DNA of 64,000 nucleotides, taken from assembly GCA_963795505.1 (NCBI GenBank), contig CAWCIB010000002.1:7480-71479 (forward strand), read 5' to 3'. This document shows positions 8,790 to 18,013 of this stretch, one piece after another (position 1 is the stretch's first letter; each line of letters begins with the position of its first letter). A program made the position numbers and the translations under genes. Source of the DNA: an uncultured Actinomycetes bacterium. Its GTDB lineage: Bacteria > Actinomycetota > Thermoleophilia > Solirubrobacterales > Solirubrobacteraceae. The notes beneath the pieces are model-generated. The model searched no databases and was not told where the DNA came from. It worked only from the letters and a program-made list of their open reading frames with translations.

Positions 8790-9935
8790 CTAGCGGTATC
8801 CGCGCCGCCGCAGGACATGCAGGGCGGGAGCAGGATCCGTCCACGAGAAGATCGCGTGGCTGGTGCGACGCCGGGGCCGCAGTCCGCGCACAGCCGCGGA
8901 GCGCTGGCCGCCGCGCCATGCCGCCCACAGCGATCGCGCGTCGTCGAACTCTGAGCGAAACCTGCGGCCGAGCCGTGGGACGGCCGGTCGCACCGGGCGG
9001 CCGAGGAGCAGGTCGACCCACGCCGCCGGCATGTTCGCCCCGGCCTCGACCTGGACGGCCAGGGAGTTCCACGCGCGAGGGTTGAAGTCGATCAGGAACC
9101 GGCCGCTTGGAGCATCGAGGAACTGGAGGTTAAACAGGCCCGACCAGCAAGCCTCCGCGAGCATCTCGCGGCAGCAGCGTTCGAGTTCGGGATCGGACCG
9201 GACGATGCGCCCGTAGGACAGGACGCCGCAGTCGCGTGGCCAGGTTCGGTCGCCCGTCTTCTGCGCGACGGCGACGACCTCGCCGTTCCACGCCAGCCCG
9301 TCGACCGTGCGCTGGTCGCCGACGACATAGGGCTGCACGAGGCCGTGGCCGCAGGGCAGCGCGGCGAGCGCCGAGGCGAGGCCGGGCCCGTCGGGCACGC
9401 TCAGGACCCGCCTCTGCTCAATGGTGCCGTCCGCCTGAGGGAGGTGCGAGCTGAGGGGCTTGACAACCGCCGGGAACCCGCCGTCCCAGCGGTCTGCGCT
9501 CTCGGCGGTGAGCATGCGCGTCGGCGGCGTGCGCAGACCTCCGGCGGCGGCGAGCTCGGTGAGCGAGCCCTTGGCAAGGACCCGGTCGACGACCGCGGCC
9601 GACGGGCAGCCGGCCACGACCGAGCCGGGAAGCTGGTCACGGTGATGGGCGAGCGCCCGCAGCGCAGGCTCGGTCCCGGGTAGCACGGTGGCGCCATGGC
9701 GCACCGCTACGGCCCCGACGTCCCGCACGAACGCCGCCGGGTCGCCGCTCGGGTCGTGCACGACCTCCACGGCGTGCGCCGCGCGGGAGATAGCGCCAAG
9801 AGCATCCGGGCGCGTGACCGCGGCGATCGGCGCGTCGCCGCCCGCGTGGACCGCCCGCAGAAGCGCAAGACCCGCCGGGAACTCGCTGCCGGTGACGACG
9901 ACCGGCACACGCCGGCCATGCGGGTGAAGGCTCAT
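8790..9935 (-). CDS. ATP-grasp domain protein (D-aspartate ligase / carboxylate-amine ligase-like)
   Basis: FPAVVKP, LVQPYVVG, WSGLFNLQF...FLIDFNPRAW ATP-grasp motifs. Confidence 0.85.
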   Translation of the reverse strand: MSLHPHGRRVPVVVTGSEFPAGLALLRAVHAGGDAPIAAVTRPDALGAISRAAHAVEVVHDPSGDPAAFVRDVGAVAVRHGATVLPGTEPALRALAHHRDQLPGSVVAGCPSAAVVDRVLAKGSLTELAAAGGLRTPPTRMLTAESADRWDGGFPAVVKPLSSHLPQADGTIEQRRVLSVPDGPGLASALAALPCGHGLVQPYVVGDQRTVDGLAWNGEVVAVAQKTGDRTWPRDCGVLSYGRIVRSDPELERCCREMLAEACWSGLFNLQFLDAPSGRFLIDFNPRAWNSLAVQVEAGANMPAAWVDLLLGRPVRPAVPRLGRRFRSEFDDARSLWAAWRGGQRSAAVRGLRPRRRTSHAIFSWTDPAPALHVLRRRGYR

Positions 9936-10372
9936 CGTTCGCGCAGCAGGTTGGAGTGGTCAGCCTCCATGTCGCGATGCTCATCGTTGCAGAGGTTTGC
10001 CGCGGTCTGCGCCCGATCGCTAGCCGACGATCACGTCCGCGTGCAACAGAGCGGTTTGCGGACGATACAAGCGTCGCGTCCCCGTCCCGGTCCCAGAGCT
10101 GCTGCAAATTCGCCTTGGCTTGGGTTTCCCGGGCCGGACCGTCCTCCCCAGCTCCTGAACGGGACAGTCGTCGAGCCTCACCGGACGAACCACGGTCTAT
10201 CCCGCGCCGAAGACGGAGCTCCTCGACCGCTTCCACAAGTTCCTCGCTCATGAACGACCGGCCGCGCGCCTCGCTTGCAGCCGAGAAGAATGCTACGAGG
10301 ATGCGAAGCGATGGCGCCGCGGCAGGGTGACAGCAGCGCGCGCTCACGCCCCCAATCGCTCAAACTCATCCG

Positions 10373-10443
10373 CGCGGCTGCGGCTGTCCGGACGATCGCT
10401 TTGCTCGTTCCGCCGCGCCGGGTCTGACGACCGAGTTGGCGAC
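10373..10443 (+). repeat. ~71-bp repeat, inverted partner of 8500-8571
   Basis: cgcggctgcggctgtccggacgatcgctttgctcgttccg...tgacgaccgagttggcgac. Confidence 0.85.
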
Positions 10444-10757
10444 CGTCCGGTCGCCCGGGATCACGCCCGCCCGCGGCGCCGGCTCACACTTCCGAGTTCG
10501 TCGCGTTGCACCACTCTGACCGTGATGGCGGGAGAGTGTTGAGTCTCGATCAAAGCGGCGCTCTGGGTGCCCCCGTTTTTGCGCAGGCCGCGGCGAGCGC
10601 GTCCGAGACCTGATCGTGGCTGGCGCCATTCGGGCTAGGCCGATCACCTAATCCGGATGATGCGCGTATCCGGCTCGGCCCTAGAGTCCGCGCGATGGTA
10701 CGCGGGAGCCGTCGTGCGCGACGAGATAGATGAGGCGAATTCAGAGAGGAGCAGGCG

Positions 10758-12116
10758 ATGACGAGTTTGAATACCTCGAAGGCGAGCGATTCACGATCCG
10801 AGCAGGAGCCTCAGGAGATTGCCGTCGAGGCCTACGTCTACCTGTATCCGCTCGTGATGATGGACACCACCCGTCAGCAAATGACGAACATCGAGGCGGG
10901 CGAGCGGCCGGGTTACGGGCCGATGAACACGTTCAACCACATGCGTGCGTTCCCGCCGCCGGAGTTCAAGAGCGTCCCGTGGCCCAACTTCGACACGCTG
11001 TACTCGCTGGCCTGGTTGGACCTAACCAGCGAGCCGGTGATCGTGTCCGCACCGGATACCGGTGAGCGCTACTACCTGCTGCCGCTGCAGGACATGTGGA
11101 CGGATGTGTTCGCGGTGCCCGGCAAGCGCGCCAGCGGCACCGAGGCCGGTCATTTCGCCGTCGTGCCCGCGGGCTGGCAGGGAGAGCTGCCCGCGGATGT
11201 GAGCCGCATCAATGCCCCCACGCCACATGTCTGGATCATCGGCCGCACGCAGACCAACGGCCCGGAAGACTACGACGCCGTTCACACCGTGCAGGACGGC
11301 TACGCCGTCACACCACTCTCGCGCTGGGGCGGGGAGCCGCAGCCGGTCCAGGTGGCGATTGATCCGGCGGTCGACATGACTACTCCGCCGGTCAAGCAGG
11401 TCAATGGCATGCCTGCACTGGCCTACTTTGCCCGCGCGGCCGAGTTGATGCGGCAGCATCCGCCGCACATCACGGACTGGTCCATCTTGGCGCGCATGAA
11501 GCGCATCGGCATCGTGGCTGGCCAGAGTCTTGACAGCGAGACACTCGGACCAGAGATCAAACAAGCGCTCGAAGAGGCCGCGACAACCGGCCTGCAAATG
11601 ATGCAGGCGAAAGTGCCGAAGCTTGCTCCGCTCGTCAATGGCTGGCAGGTGGCCGCTGAAACGATGGGCGTCTACGGCAACTACTACCTGAAACGCGCCA
11701 CGCTCGCGATGATCGGTCTGGGCTCAAACCCGCCGGAAGACGCGATCTACCCGCTGGCATTTGCGGACGGCGACGGAAAGCCACTCAACGGCCAGGACGA
11801 CTACGGCCTCCACTTCGACAAGCAGGAGCTGCCGCCGGTAAACGCCTTCTGGTCGGTCACCATCTACGACCGAGACGGCTTTCAGGTCGCTAACGCGCTC
11901 AACCGCTGCGCGCTCGGCGACCGCGACCCCCTGCAATACAACGCCGACGGCTCGCTCGACCTCGTCATTCAGCACGAAAACCCCGGACCCGAGCACGAGC
12001 CGAACTGGCTGCCAGCGCCACCTGGCCCGATGGCCCTCTTCCTACGCCTCTACGAGCCAAGACCGGAGGTGCTGGACGGACGCTGGAAGCCCCCCGCGGT
12101 GCGGCGGGTGACCTAA
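10758..12116 (+). CDS. DUF1254/DUF1214 domain protein
   Basis: AYVYLYPLV, PNFDTLYSLAWLDL, NAFWSVTIYD, NWLPAP signatures. Confidence 0.9.
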   Translation: MTSLNTSKASDSRSEQEPQEIAVEAYVYLYPLVMMDTTRQQMTNIEAGERPGYGPMNTFNHMRAFPPPEFKSVPWPNFDTLYSLAWLDLTSEPVIVSAPDTGERYYLLPLQDMWTDVFAVPGKRASGTEAGHFAVVPAGWQGELPADVSRINAPTPHVWIIGRTQTNGPEDYDAVHTVQDGYAVTPLSRWGGEPQPVQVAIDPAVDMTTPPVKQVNGMPALAYFARAAELMRQHPPHITDWSILARMKRIGIVAGQSLDSETLGPEIKQALEEAATTGLQMMQAKVPKLAPLVNGWQVAAETMGVYGNYYLKRATLAMIGLGSNPPEDAIYPLAFADGDGKPLNGQDDYGLHFDKQELPPVNAFWSVTIYDRDGFQVANALNRCALGDRDPLQYNADGSLDLVIQHENPGPEHEPNWLPAPPGPMALFLRLYEPRPEVLDGRWKPPAVRRVT

Positions 12117-12120
12117 GGCA

Positions 12121-12300
12121 TGCCTCGCCGGAGGAACGCCGAGCCCGGCTTGCGCTTCGGGCTACATCCAGCCGTCGGCACGGACTAACGACGGCTTCTC
12201 CAACCCGCCGAATCCGGCACTCCTCCGGACGATCGCATTCGCGATTCCGCCGCCTCGCCGCCTGCGATCGCTTCGGCGACGGAGCAGCTTAGCCGAACCT
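12121..12300 (+). repeat. Intergenic degenerate repeat, core GATCGCATTCG-N22/23-CGATC(G/C)CTT
   Basis: Core at 12231 and 12265; same two motifs at 33-34 nt offset at 12846/12879 and 14593/14627. Confidence 0.75.
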
Positions 12301-12408
12301 GTTTTGGCGGTCGGTACCGGAGCCTGTTGATGGCTCAGGGTTCCTTTATTTGCTATCGGGGCCGGCGCGATATTAGGGTTGGCCTAAGCAAACTCCGGAG
12401 GAGGTCAC

Positions 12409-12717
12409 ATGAAGTACTTCGTTAGCGCGACACCGGGCCCCATGCCGCCGGCACCTGAGCAGTTCGACGCGGCCATGAGCTGGCTTGAAGGTAAGGTCGA
12501 CGACGGGACGTTTGACTGCATCTATGGGTTCATCGAGGGCGGCGGCTTCAGCATCGCCAACGCTAATTCGCATCGCGACGTGCTCGAGCTGATGGCGGCT
12601 TATCCCCTGTTCGGGCTGGTCACGTGGGACGTACGCCCCTTGCTGGAGTTCAAGGAGGGGATCGACACGGTGCGAGCAAAGCTTGCTGAGGCGCAAGCCG
12701 CAATGGCTGGCCGGTGA
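12409..12717 (+). CDS. Small hypothetical protein, muconolactone isomerase / DUF3303-like barrel
   Basis: GGAGGAGG RBS; GGGFSIANANSHRDVLELMAAYPLFGLVTWDVRPL pattern. Confidence 0.7.
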   Translation: MKYFVSATPGPMPPAPEQFDAAMSWLEGKVDDGTFDCIYGFIEGGGFSIANANSHRDVLELMAAYPLFGLVTWDVRPLLEFKEGIDTVRAKLAEAQAAMAGR

Positions 12718-12839
12718 GGTCCTCCTTTGTCGCGGAGGCCTGAGGCGAACCCAGAGTGCGGGCTGAGGGCCCCTGGCACCGATTAAGGCGGCGGCGGTTG
12801 TGAGTACGCGCTCGGTCCGCGCGGGCACCGAAGATTCAA

Positions 12840-12900
12840 CACCGGGATCGCATTCGTCTACCCCCGCCATCCAGCGGGCGATCCCTTGGACGACCCGGCG
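12840..12900 (+). repeat. Intergenic degenerate repeat copy
   Basis: gatcgcattcgtc at 12846 and cgatcccttggacgac at 12879. Confidence 0.7.
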
Positions 12901-13003
12901 CTTGTTGGGGCGGCGTCGCCCTGCGGCGACGGTTTCGGCGGCGGACGGGCCCGCACAGTGATGGCGGCGTGGCTGGCACAGCGACAACGGGGCTGCCGGC
13001 TGC

Positions 13004-13418
13004 TCAGCTGGTCTCGCGGAGCTTGGTCGCGAACTGTGCGGGTGTGAGGATCGGCAGGTCGTCGTTCAGGACGAGCAGGTCTTTGTCGCCGGTGATCAGG
13101 TACGCGCGGCGGTCGATCGCGAGTGCGAGGAGGTAGTCGTCGTCGGGGTCGCGGGAGCCGACGGGCGGTGGGCTTGCTGGATCCTCGGCGATGCTGCCAT
13201 GAGTCGCGGACCCAGTTGGTGAAGGCGGCGGCTTTCTCGGGAGTGATCCGCTTGCGCAGCTTGGGATAGGCGAGCGTTCGCTTGAGCTCCGCGAGGAGCA
13301 ACTCAGAGACGACAAGCTCGAACTGGCCGTCGCGGCTAGCACGCAGGATCTCGGCCGACGACCCCTTGGCGGACAGCACCCCTGAGATCAGGACGTTGAC
13401 ATCAACGACCGCGCGCAC
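13004..13418 (-). pseudogene. PIN-family putative toxin, frameshifted by one extra base near 13202
   Basis: MRAVVDVNVLISG...WVRD in one frame and HGSIAEDP...RDPDDDYLLALA...LITGDKDLL in the next; removing one base (GAC-T-CAT) gives a 137-aa PIN protein. Confidence 0.85.
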
Positions 13419-13653
13419 CAGATGACCGTCGGCGAGGCCTCGTTGCGTGTTGCGCCTCCACGGCGAGCTCGGACGCCTTGGCCTCCGACATCGTCGCATT
13501 TGCCCACAACTCGTCGAGAACGTCGAGCTTGAGATCGCGGCGCAGAGATTCCTCGATCACCGCGCTGTCCGAGACGCCGGTACGCGCTGCGCGAATCTTG
13601 ACCCACTTCAGAACGTCTTCGTCGATCGTGAGCGTCGTACGTACCTTGGACAC
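13402..13653 (-). CDS. Ribbon-helix-helix (CopG-like) antitoxin
   Basis: VRTTLTIDEDVLKWVKIRAARTG.SDSAVIEESLRRDL; overlaps toxin start; TAAGAT 6 nt before GTG. Confidence 0.85.
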   Translation of the reverse strand: MSKVRTTLTIDEDVLKWVKIRAARTGVSDSAVIEESLRRDLKLDVLDELWANATMSEAKASELAVEAQHATRPRRRSSGARGR

Positions 13654-13945
13654 AAGCGCATCTTACCATCACGATGCGGAGATGCGACGATGAAACCTGT
13701 CAATCGTCAGAGATCGGGCGAACCTCCCGACGGCTTTCGCCGTTTGACGCGTGGCCGTCGCGCGGCCGCTTCTGCGACTGCGCACTCGAGCGCTACAGAG
13801 AGTTGCCCATGGCGACGAGCAGGTTCGCGCTGGCTCACGAATCGCGGCGTGCTCTCGCCTCAGCACGGGCCTACCCGGCGCACGCCCAGCTGACGAGGCG
13901 GTCCAGCAGGGCCCACTCTCTGCCGGGACCTTCTCGAGGTGCCTC

Positions 13946-14221
13946 TCAGCCCTTGATCACGTTGTGTACCCGGGCCACCATCGGCTCGCCTGGATCGGCG
14001 CCAAGTCCGGTCATTATCGGAACGAGCGTCGCCCCGAACGCCTCGAATGCCTCCTGCGACTCCCAGATGTCGAAAACCTGGATCTCGCCATTGGTCTCGA
14101 GCGCGACGTGGTACGAGCGTCCTTCAGGCGCGCCCGCACCCGCAGCCTCGAGCTTGCTAATGGCTTCGTCGTACTTGTCCTGCGTGAACCCGCTTGGGGT
14201 GAAGTAGAACCCGAGTGCCAT
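13946..14221 (-). CDS. Small ABM-like hypothetical protein
   Basis: YHVALETNGEIQVFDIWESQEAFEAFGATLVP pattern. Confidence 0.8.
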   Translation of the reverse strand: MALGFYFTPSGFTQDKYDEAISKLEAAGAGAPEGRSYHVALETNGEIQVFDIWESQEAFEAFGATLVPIMTGLGADPGEPMVARVHNVIKG

Positions 14222-14584
14222 TCGATCCCGATCCCTTCCGCACGACTCGCGCGGTCGCTTGTCATGAGTTGCGCGCCGACTCTATCGCGCCGCGGCGGAC
14301 CTCATTCGAAACCTCATCGCCATCGATCGCAGCAGCAATCACGTGATGTCTGGGCGACGAACGGGGCCCGGCCTCACTGGCCTTAGCTCGCAGCGTGGAC
14401 GTGCGGACACGATGCTCATAAAGGCATCTTCCGTCGCGTGAACCGCACGCCTGAACTGAGCTCGACACTGGTCGTATTGGTGCGGCGCACTCATGCGTTC
14501 GCGCCGGGGAAGACCTGCTCTTCGCCCGCGTCGGGCCTCGGCGGTTGTCGCTCCGAAGACCTGCCTTGCGCGGAAAGCCCGAGT

Positions 14585-14645
14585 GCGCTGACGATCGCAT
14601 TCGTCCACAACGCAGCGAACAGCTCACGATCCCTTCGGCGACATT
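14585..14645 (+). repeat. Intergenic degenerate repeat copy
   Basis: gacgatcgcattcg 14590-14603 is identical to 12228-12241; cttcggcgac follows 43 nt downstream in both. Confidence 0.8.
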
Positions 14646-14666
14646 GCGGGCGCCAGCCGGAAGCGT

Positions 14667-15188
14667 CTAGCTGCCGAAGAGCTGGAACGGCCAGGGGCCG
14701 TCGAGCACGATCCGTCCTGGCTGAGTCGGGTGCGCACTCGTCTCTAGCGTGATGAGGATCTTGCGGTAGCGCCCCAGGTGCGCGGGTAGCCGGCGCACCA
14801 CGATCACGACCGTCTTCTTCACCGGTGTCGGAAGTGCTCGGATCGACTTGACCAGGTGCGCGTGGCCCGGGCCGCTCCATAGCCACACGGCATAGACCTT
14901 CGGGGCACGGACGGGATTCAGACCCTGAGCGCCGATCTCCAGCAGGTAGCGGTGACGCGCACGCACCACCTCCCCAATTCCAAGCGCTGAGTGCTTCGCC
15001 CCGGGTGACGACAGGTTGATCTGTTGTATCGGCCGCGCCCCTGGAAACGGCGAAGGCACACAGCCGCAGCTCGGAGCCATCGCGCTGGCCGCAGCCGATG
15101 ATCCCGCAAAAGCGACCGCGAGCACAATCGCCCAGGCCACCGAAGAGAACCGCCCGGGCTGGTGGGCCGGCCGGTCGCTATCCCACAC
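14667..15188 (-). CDS. Exported protein with anti-sigma-K (RskA) C-terminal-like domain (start uncertain)
   Basis: Signal-like AWAIVLAVAFAGSSAAASA; YAVWLW...YRKILITLETSAHPTQPGRIVLDG resembles the RskA extracytoplasmic domain. Confidence 0.55.
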   Translation of the reverse strand: MWDSDRPAHQPGRFSSVAWAIVLAVAFAGSSAAASAMAPSCGCVPSPFPGARPIQQINLSSPGAKHSALGIGEVVRARHRYLLEIGAQGLNPVRAPKVYAVWLWSGPGHAHLVKSIRALPTPVKKTVVIVVRRLPAHLGRYRKILITLETSAHPTQPGRIVLDGPWPFQLFGS

Positions 15189-15197
15189 GCCGGCCCG

Positions 15198-15380
15198 TCA
15201 GCCGGATGCGCGAGATTGGGTGCTGCTCGCGGCCCGCTTAGCGGCCCGCTCGGCGGCTTCGCGCTTGAGGTCAGCCTGCTTATTCGAGATCGCCGCGATC
15301 TGTGCGGCGCGACGCTGGGCGGAGCTGGGGCGTTGGTTCGTCGGTTGGGTCGAGACCGTCAACTTGTTCTTCGCTGCCAT
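15198..15380 (-). CDS. Small basic helical protein (60 aa)
   Basis: GGAAGGA upstream of ATG; MAAKNKLTVSTQPTNQRPSSAQRRAAQIAAISNKQADLKREAAERAAKR... Confidence 0.6.
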   Translation of the reverse strand: MAAKNKLTVSTQPTNQRPSSAQRRAAQIAAISNKQADLKREAAERAAKRAASSTQSRASG

Positions 15381-15717
15381 TGGGGTGTCCTTCCGGTTCC
15401 TCTCGTCGCTCCGCGCGTAACGCAGTGGGCGAGAACAGCCCGCGCGGGTAACGGATAGGGCGTCTCCACCGGGCCGGTGAGCTAACGCCTTTAGGAATAC
15501 GGCACCGGCCCTGCAGTCAAAACCAGTGGCCCACGCCTCTCGCCTTGTGGCGCACACTGCGCCGTCGGTGGCATCCCGGCTTGGGGTGAGAATCCTGGCC
15601 GCAGGGCCAGCTCGTCAACGACTCTACTCCGATTACACCGAAGCTCAAGTTTGCCCGGGTAGGCCGGCGCCGGCGCACGCGGCGCTGAACCACCGACTGC
15701 ACCGGCCGGGCACGGAG

Positions 15718-16119
15718 CTACACGGTCGCCGAGTAGGTGTTCTTCGGGAACGCGCACGTCCCCGTGGCGCCCTTTAACGTTCCGGAGAAGGCGCCGCTGA
15801 CATGCTTCCCGGAGAACTTCCCGGAGAGCTTCACGACCGAGACGCCCGTGTGGATCGAGCCCTTGAACTTGCCGTGGTTGATCTTCAAGCTGGTCGAGAC
15901 GCCGGACTCGAGGTCGAGGCCGGCGCAGTTCGCCCCCGCGAACAGGCTGACCTTAGTGACCTTGCCGTTCTTGACCGTCAGGGTGAACGGATGCGTCGCG
16001 ATGACCCCGCTGACATGCAGCGTGCTCTTGCCGCTGTAGGTTCCGTTTGACGCCGCAGTTGCAGATGCCGCGAGCCCGAGGGCCGCGATCGCAGCTAGCG
16101 CAGCGGTCTTGCGAATCAT
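15718..16119 (-). CDS. Secreted Lys/Gly/Ser-rich beta-strand hypothetical protein
   Basis: GGAG RBS; signal peptide MIRKTAALAAIAALGLAASATA; two Cys. Confidence 0.75.
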   Translation of the reverse strand: MIRKTAALAAIAALGLAASATAASNGTYSGKSTLHVSGVIATHPFTLTVKNGKVTKVSLFAGANCAGLDLESGVSTSLKINHGKFKGSIHTGVSVVKLSGKFSGKHVSGAFSGTLKGATGTCAFPKNTYSATV

Positions 16120-16405
16120 GGCTTCTCCTAGTCCGAGGTGGCCCCGACCCGGCCACGCCGCTGATCGGGTAATGCAGGATATCCCCGCGTGGCCGCTCGC
16201 CGCGGCACAGCAGCAGCTGGCGCCGGCACATACCGCGGCCACGAGACCATCGCTCCTGGACAGCGACCATCGTCCAGTTCGCGGATCTGATCGAGGTGGG
16301 CAACCGAGTATCGCTCACGAAGGGCGGGTCTAGGACGAGCTTGACCCCGAGGCTCTCGACCCCCGAGAATGAACGATCCCAGCCCGAAATGAGGGAGGCC
16401 TCGAG

Positions 16406-17992
16406 ATGTATGACTACGTGATCGTCGGAGCCGGCTCGGCCGGATGCGTGCTTGCCGCCCGGCTGTCCGAGGACCCGGACGTGAAGGTTTGCCTGCTCGA
16501 GGCCGGCCCACCCGATCTCGCCGACGAGGTGCATCTGCCGGCGGGCTGCCTCGCGCTCGGTCAGAGCAAGTACGACTGGGCCCTCCTATCCGACCCCGAG
16601 CCAGGACTCGGCGGCCGCCAGCGAGTTCTTCCGCGGGGTCGCACGTTAGGTGGCTCCTCGTCGGTAAACGCGATGGTCTATATCCGCGGCAACCGCGCCG
16701 ACTACGACGGCTGGGCCGCGATGGGCTTCGACGGCTGGGGATGGGAAGACGTACTGCCGTACTTCATCAAGGCCGAGGACAACGAGCGCGGCGCGAGCGA
16801 ACTCCACGGTGCCGGCGGGCCGCTCCGGGTCTCTGAGAACCGGTCGCGCTACACGACATGCGCTGCGTTCATCGAGGCGGCCGTCCAGGCAGGCCTTGAT
16901 GAGAGCGAGGATTTCAACGGCCCCGAGCAGGATGGAGCCGGCTGGTATCAGGTGACCCAGCGCGACGGCCTGCGCTGCTCGGCGGCTGACGGCTACCTGC
17001 GCCCGGCGATGGAGCGCCCAAACCTGACGGTCGAAACCGACGCGTACGTGACGCGCGTGCTGTTGGACGGAACGCGCGCAGTGGGCGTCGAGGTGGACCA
17101 AGGAAACGAGCTCAAGGAGATCCGCGCCGAACGCGAGGTGATCCTCAGTGCCGGCTCCTACCAGAGCCCCCAGCTGCTCCTGCTGAGTGGGGTCGGTCCG
17201 GCCGCCGATCTCGAGCTCGCCGGCATCCCGCCGGTCCTTGACCAGCCGAAGGTCGGGACGGGGCTGCAGGACCATCCCGCCGCCTGGATCACTTACCGGA
17301 CAGGGGAGCCGTCGCTGCTGACGGCGGAGTCCCTCGAGAGCCTCGAGCTGATCCAGACGGAGGGGCGGGGCCCGCTGACGTCGAACTTCGCCGAGTCCGG
17401 GGGCTTCATCCGCACGCGCGATGGCCTCGAGGCACCCGACGTCCAGCTCCACCAGATCCCGGTCCTGTTCCCAGACGCGGGCGCCGGCGAGATCCTCGAA
17501 GACGGCTGGGCGCTGTCGGCCTGCGTGCTGCGCCCCACGAGTAGAGGCACCGTGAAGCTGCGCGCTCGCGTCCCGAGCTCGAAGCCGCGCATCCTGCACA
17601 ACTATCTGACGACCGACGAGGACCGCGCGACGATGCTCGCCGGCCTGCGCAAATGCATCGAGATCGCCGAGCAGCCCGCTCTCAAGGCGGTCACGACAGG
17701 GCCGTACGCGGCGCCGAACGGGGACGACGACGCCAGCCTGCTCGCGCACATCGAGCGCAACACGACCACGCTCTATCACCCCGTCGGCACATGCGCGATG
17801 GGCGCCGTCGTCGACTCGGAGCTGCGCGTTCTGGGACTCGAGTCGCTCCGGGTCGTCGACGCGTCGGTGATGCCAACTCTGGTGCGCGGCAACACAAACG
17901 CCCCGACGATCATGATCGCCGAGCGGGCCTCGGACCTGATCCGCGGTCGTGCGGCGGAGGCCGCCGCAGCGCCTGTTGCAGCCGAAGCCTGA
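16406..17992 (+). CDS. GMC family oxidoreductase (choline dehydrogenase-like)
   Basis: [40 protein letters not shown]...[12 protein letters not shown]. Confidence 0.95.
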   Translation: MYDYVIVGAGSAGCVLAARLSEDPDVKVCLLEAGPPDLADEVHLPAGCLALGQSKYDWALLSDPEPGLGGRQRVLPRGRTLGGSSSVNAMVYIRGNRADYDGWAAMGFDGWGWEDVLPYFIKAEDNERGASELHGAGGPLRVSENRSRYTTCAAFIEAAVQAGLDESEDFNGPEQDGAGWYQVTQRDGLRCSAADGYLRPAMERPNLTVETDAYVTRVLLDGTRAVGVEVDQGNELKEIRAEREVILSAGSYQSPQLLLLSGVGPAADLELAGIPPVLDQPKVGTGLQDHPAAWITYRTGEPSLLTAESLESLELIQTEGRGPLTSNFAESGGFIRTRDGLEAPDVQLHQIPVLFPDAGAGEILEDGWALSACVLRPTSRGTVKLRARVPSSKPRILHNYLTTDEDRATMLAGLRKCIEIAEQPALKAVTTGPYAAPNGDDDASLLAHIERNTTTLYHPVGTCAMGAVVDSELRVLGLESLRVVDASVMPTLVRGNTNAPTIMIAERASDLIRGRAAEAAAAPVAAEA

Positions 17993-18013
17993 GCGCCGCG
18001 CCTGCCCGCTTTC

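Noticed and set aside
8470-8793. 107-aa ORF on + strand
   Set aside because: Its first third is the 72-bp repeat; no recognisable motif or RBS.
9936-10370. Gene or pseudogene between the ATP-grasp gene and the repeat
   Set aside because: No frame gave a recognisable protein; left unexplained.
10650-10675. Hairpin ccggat-N9-atccgg as terminator
   Set aside because: Only a 6-bp stem with no U-tract; expected by chance at this GC content.
16406-17992. Assignment as betA
   Set aside because: GMC motifs are clear, but no betB/betT context or diagnostic feature fixes choline as the substrate.
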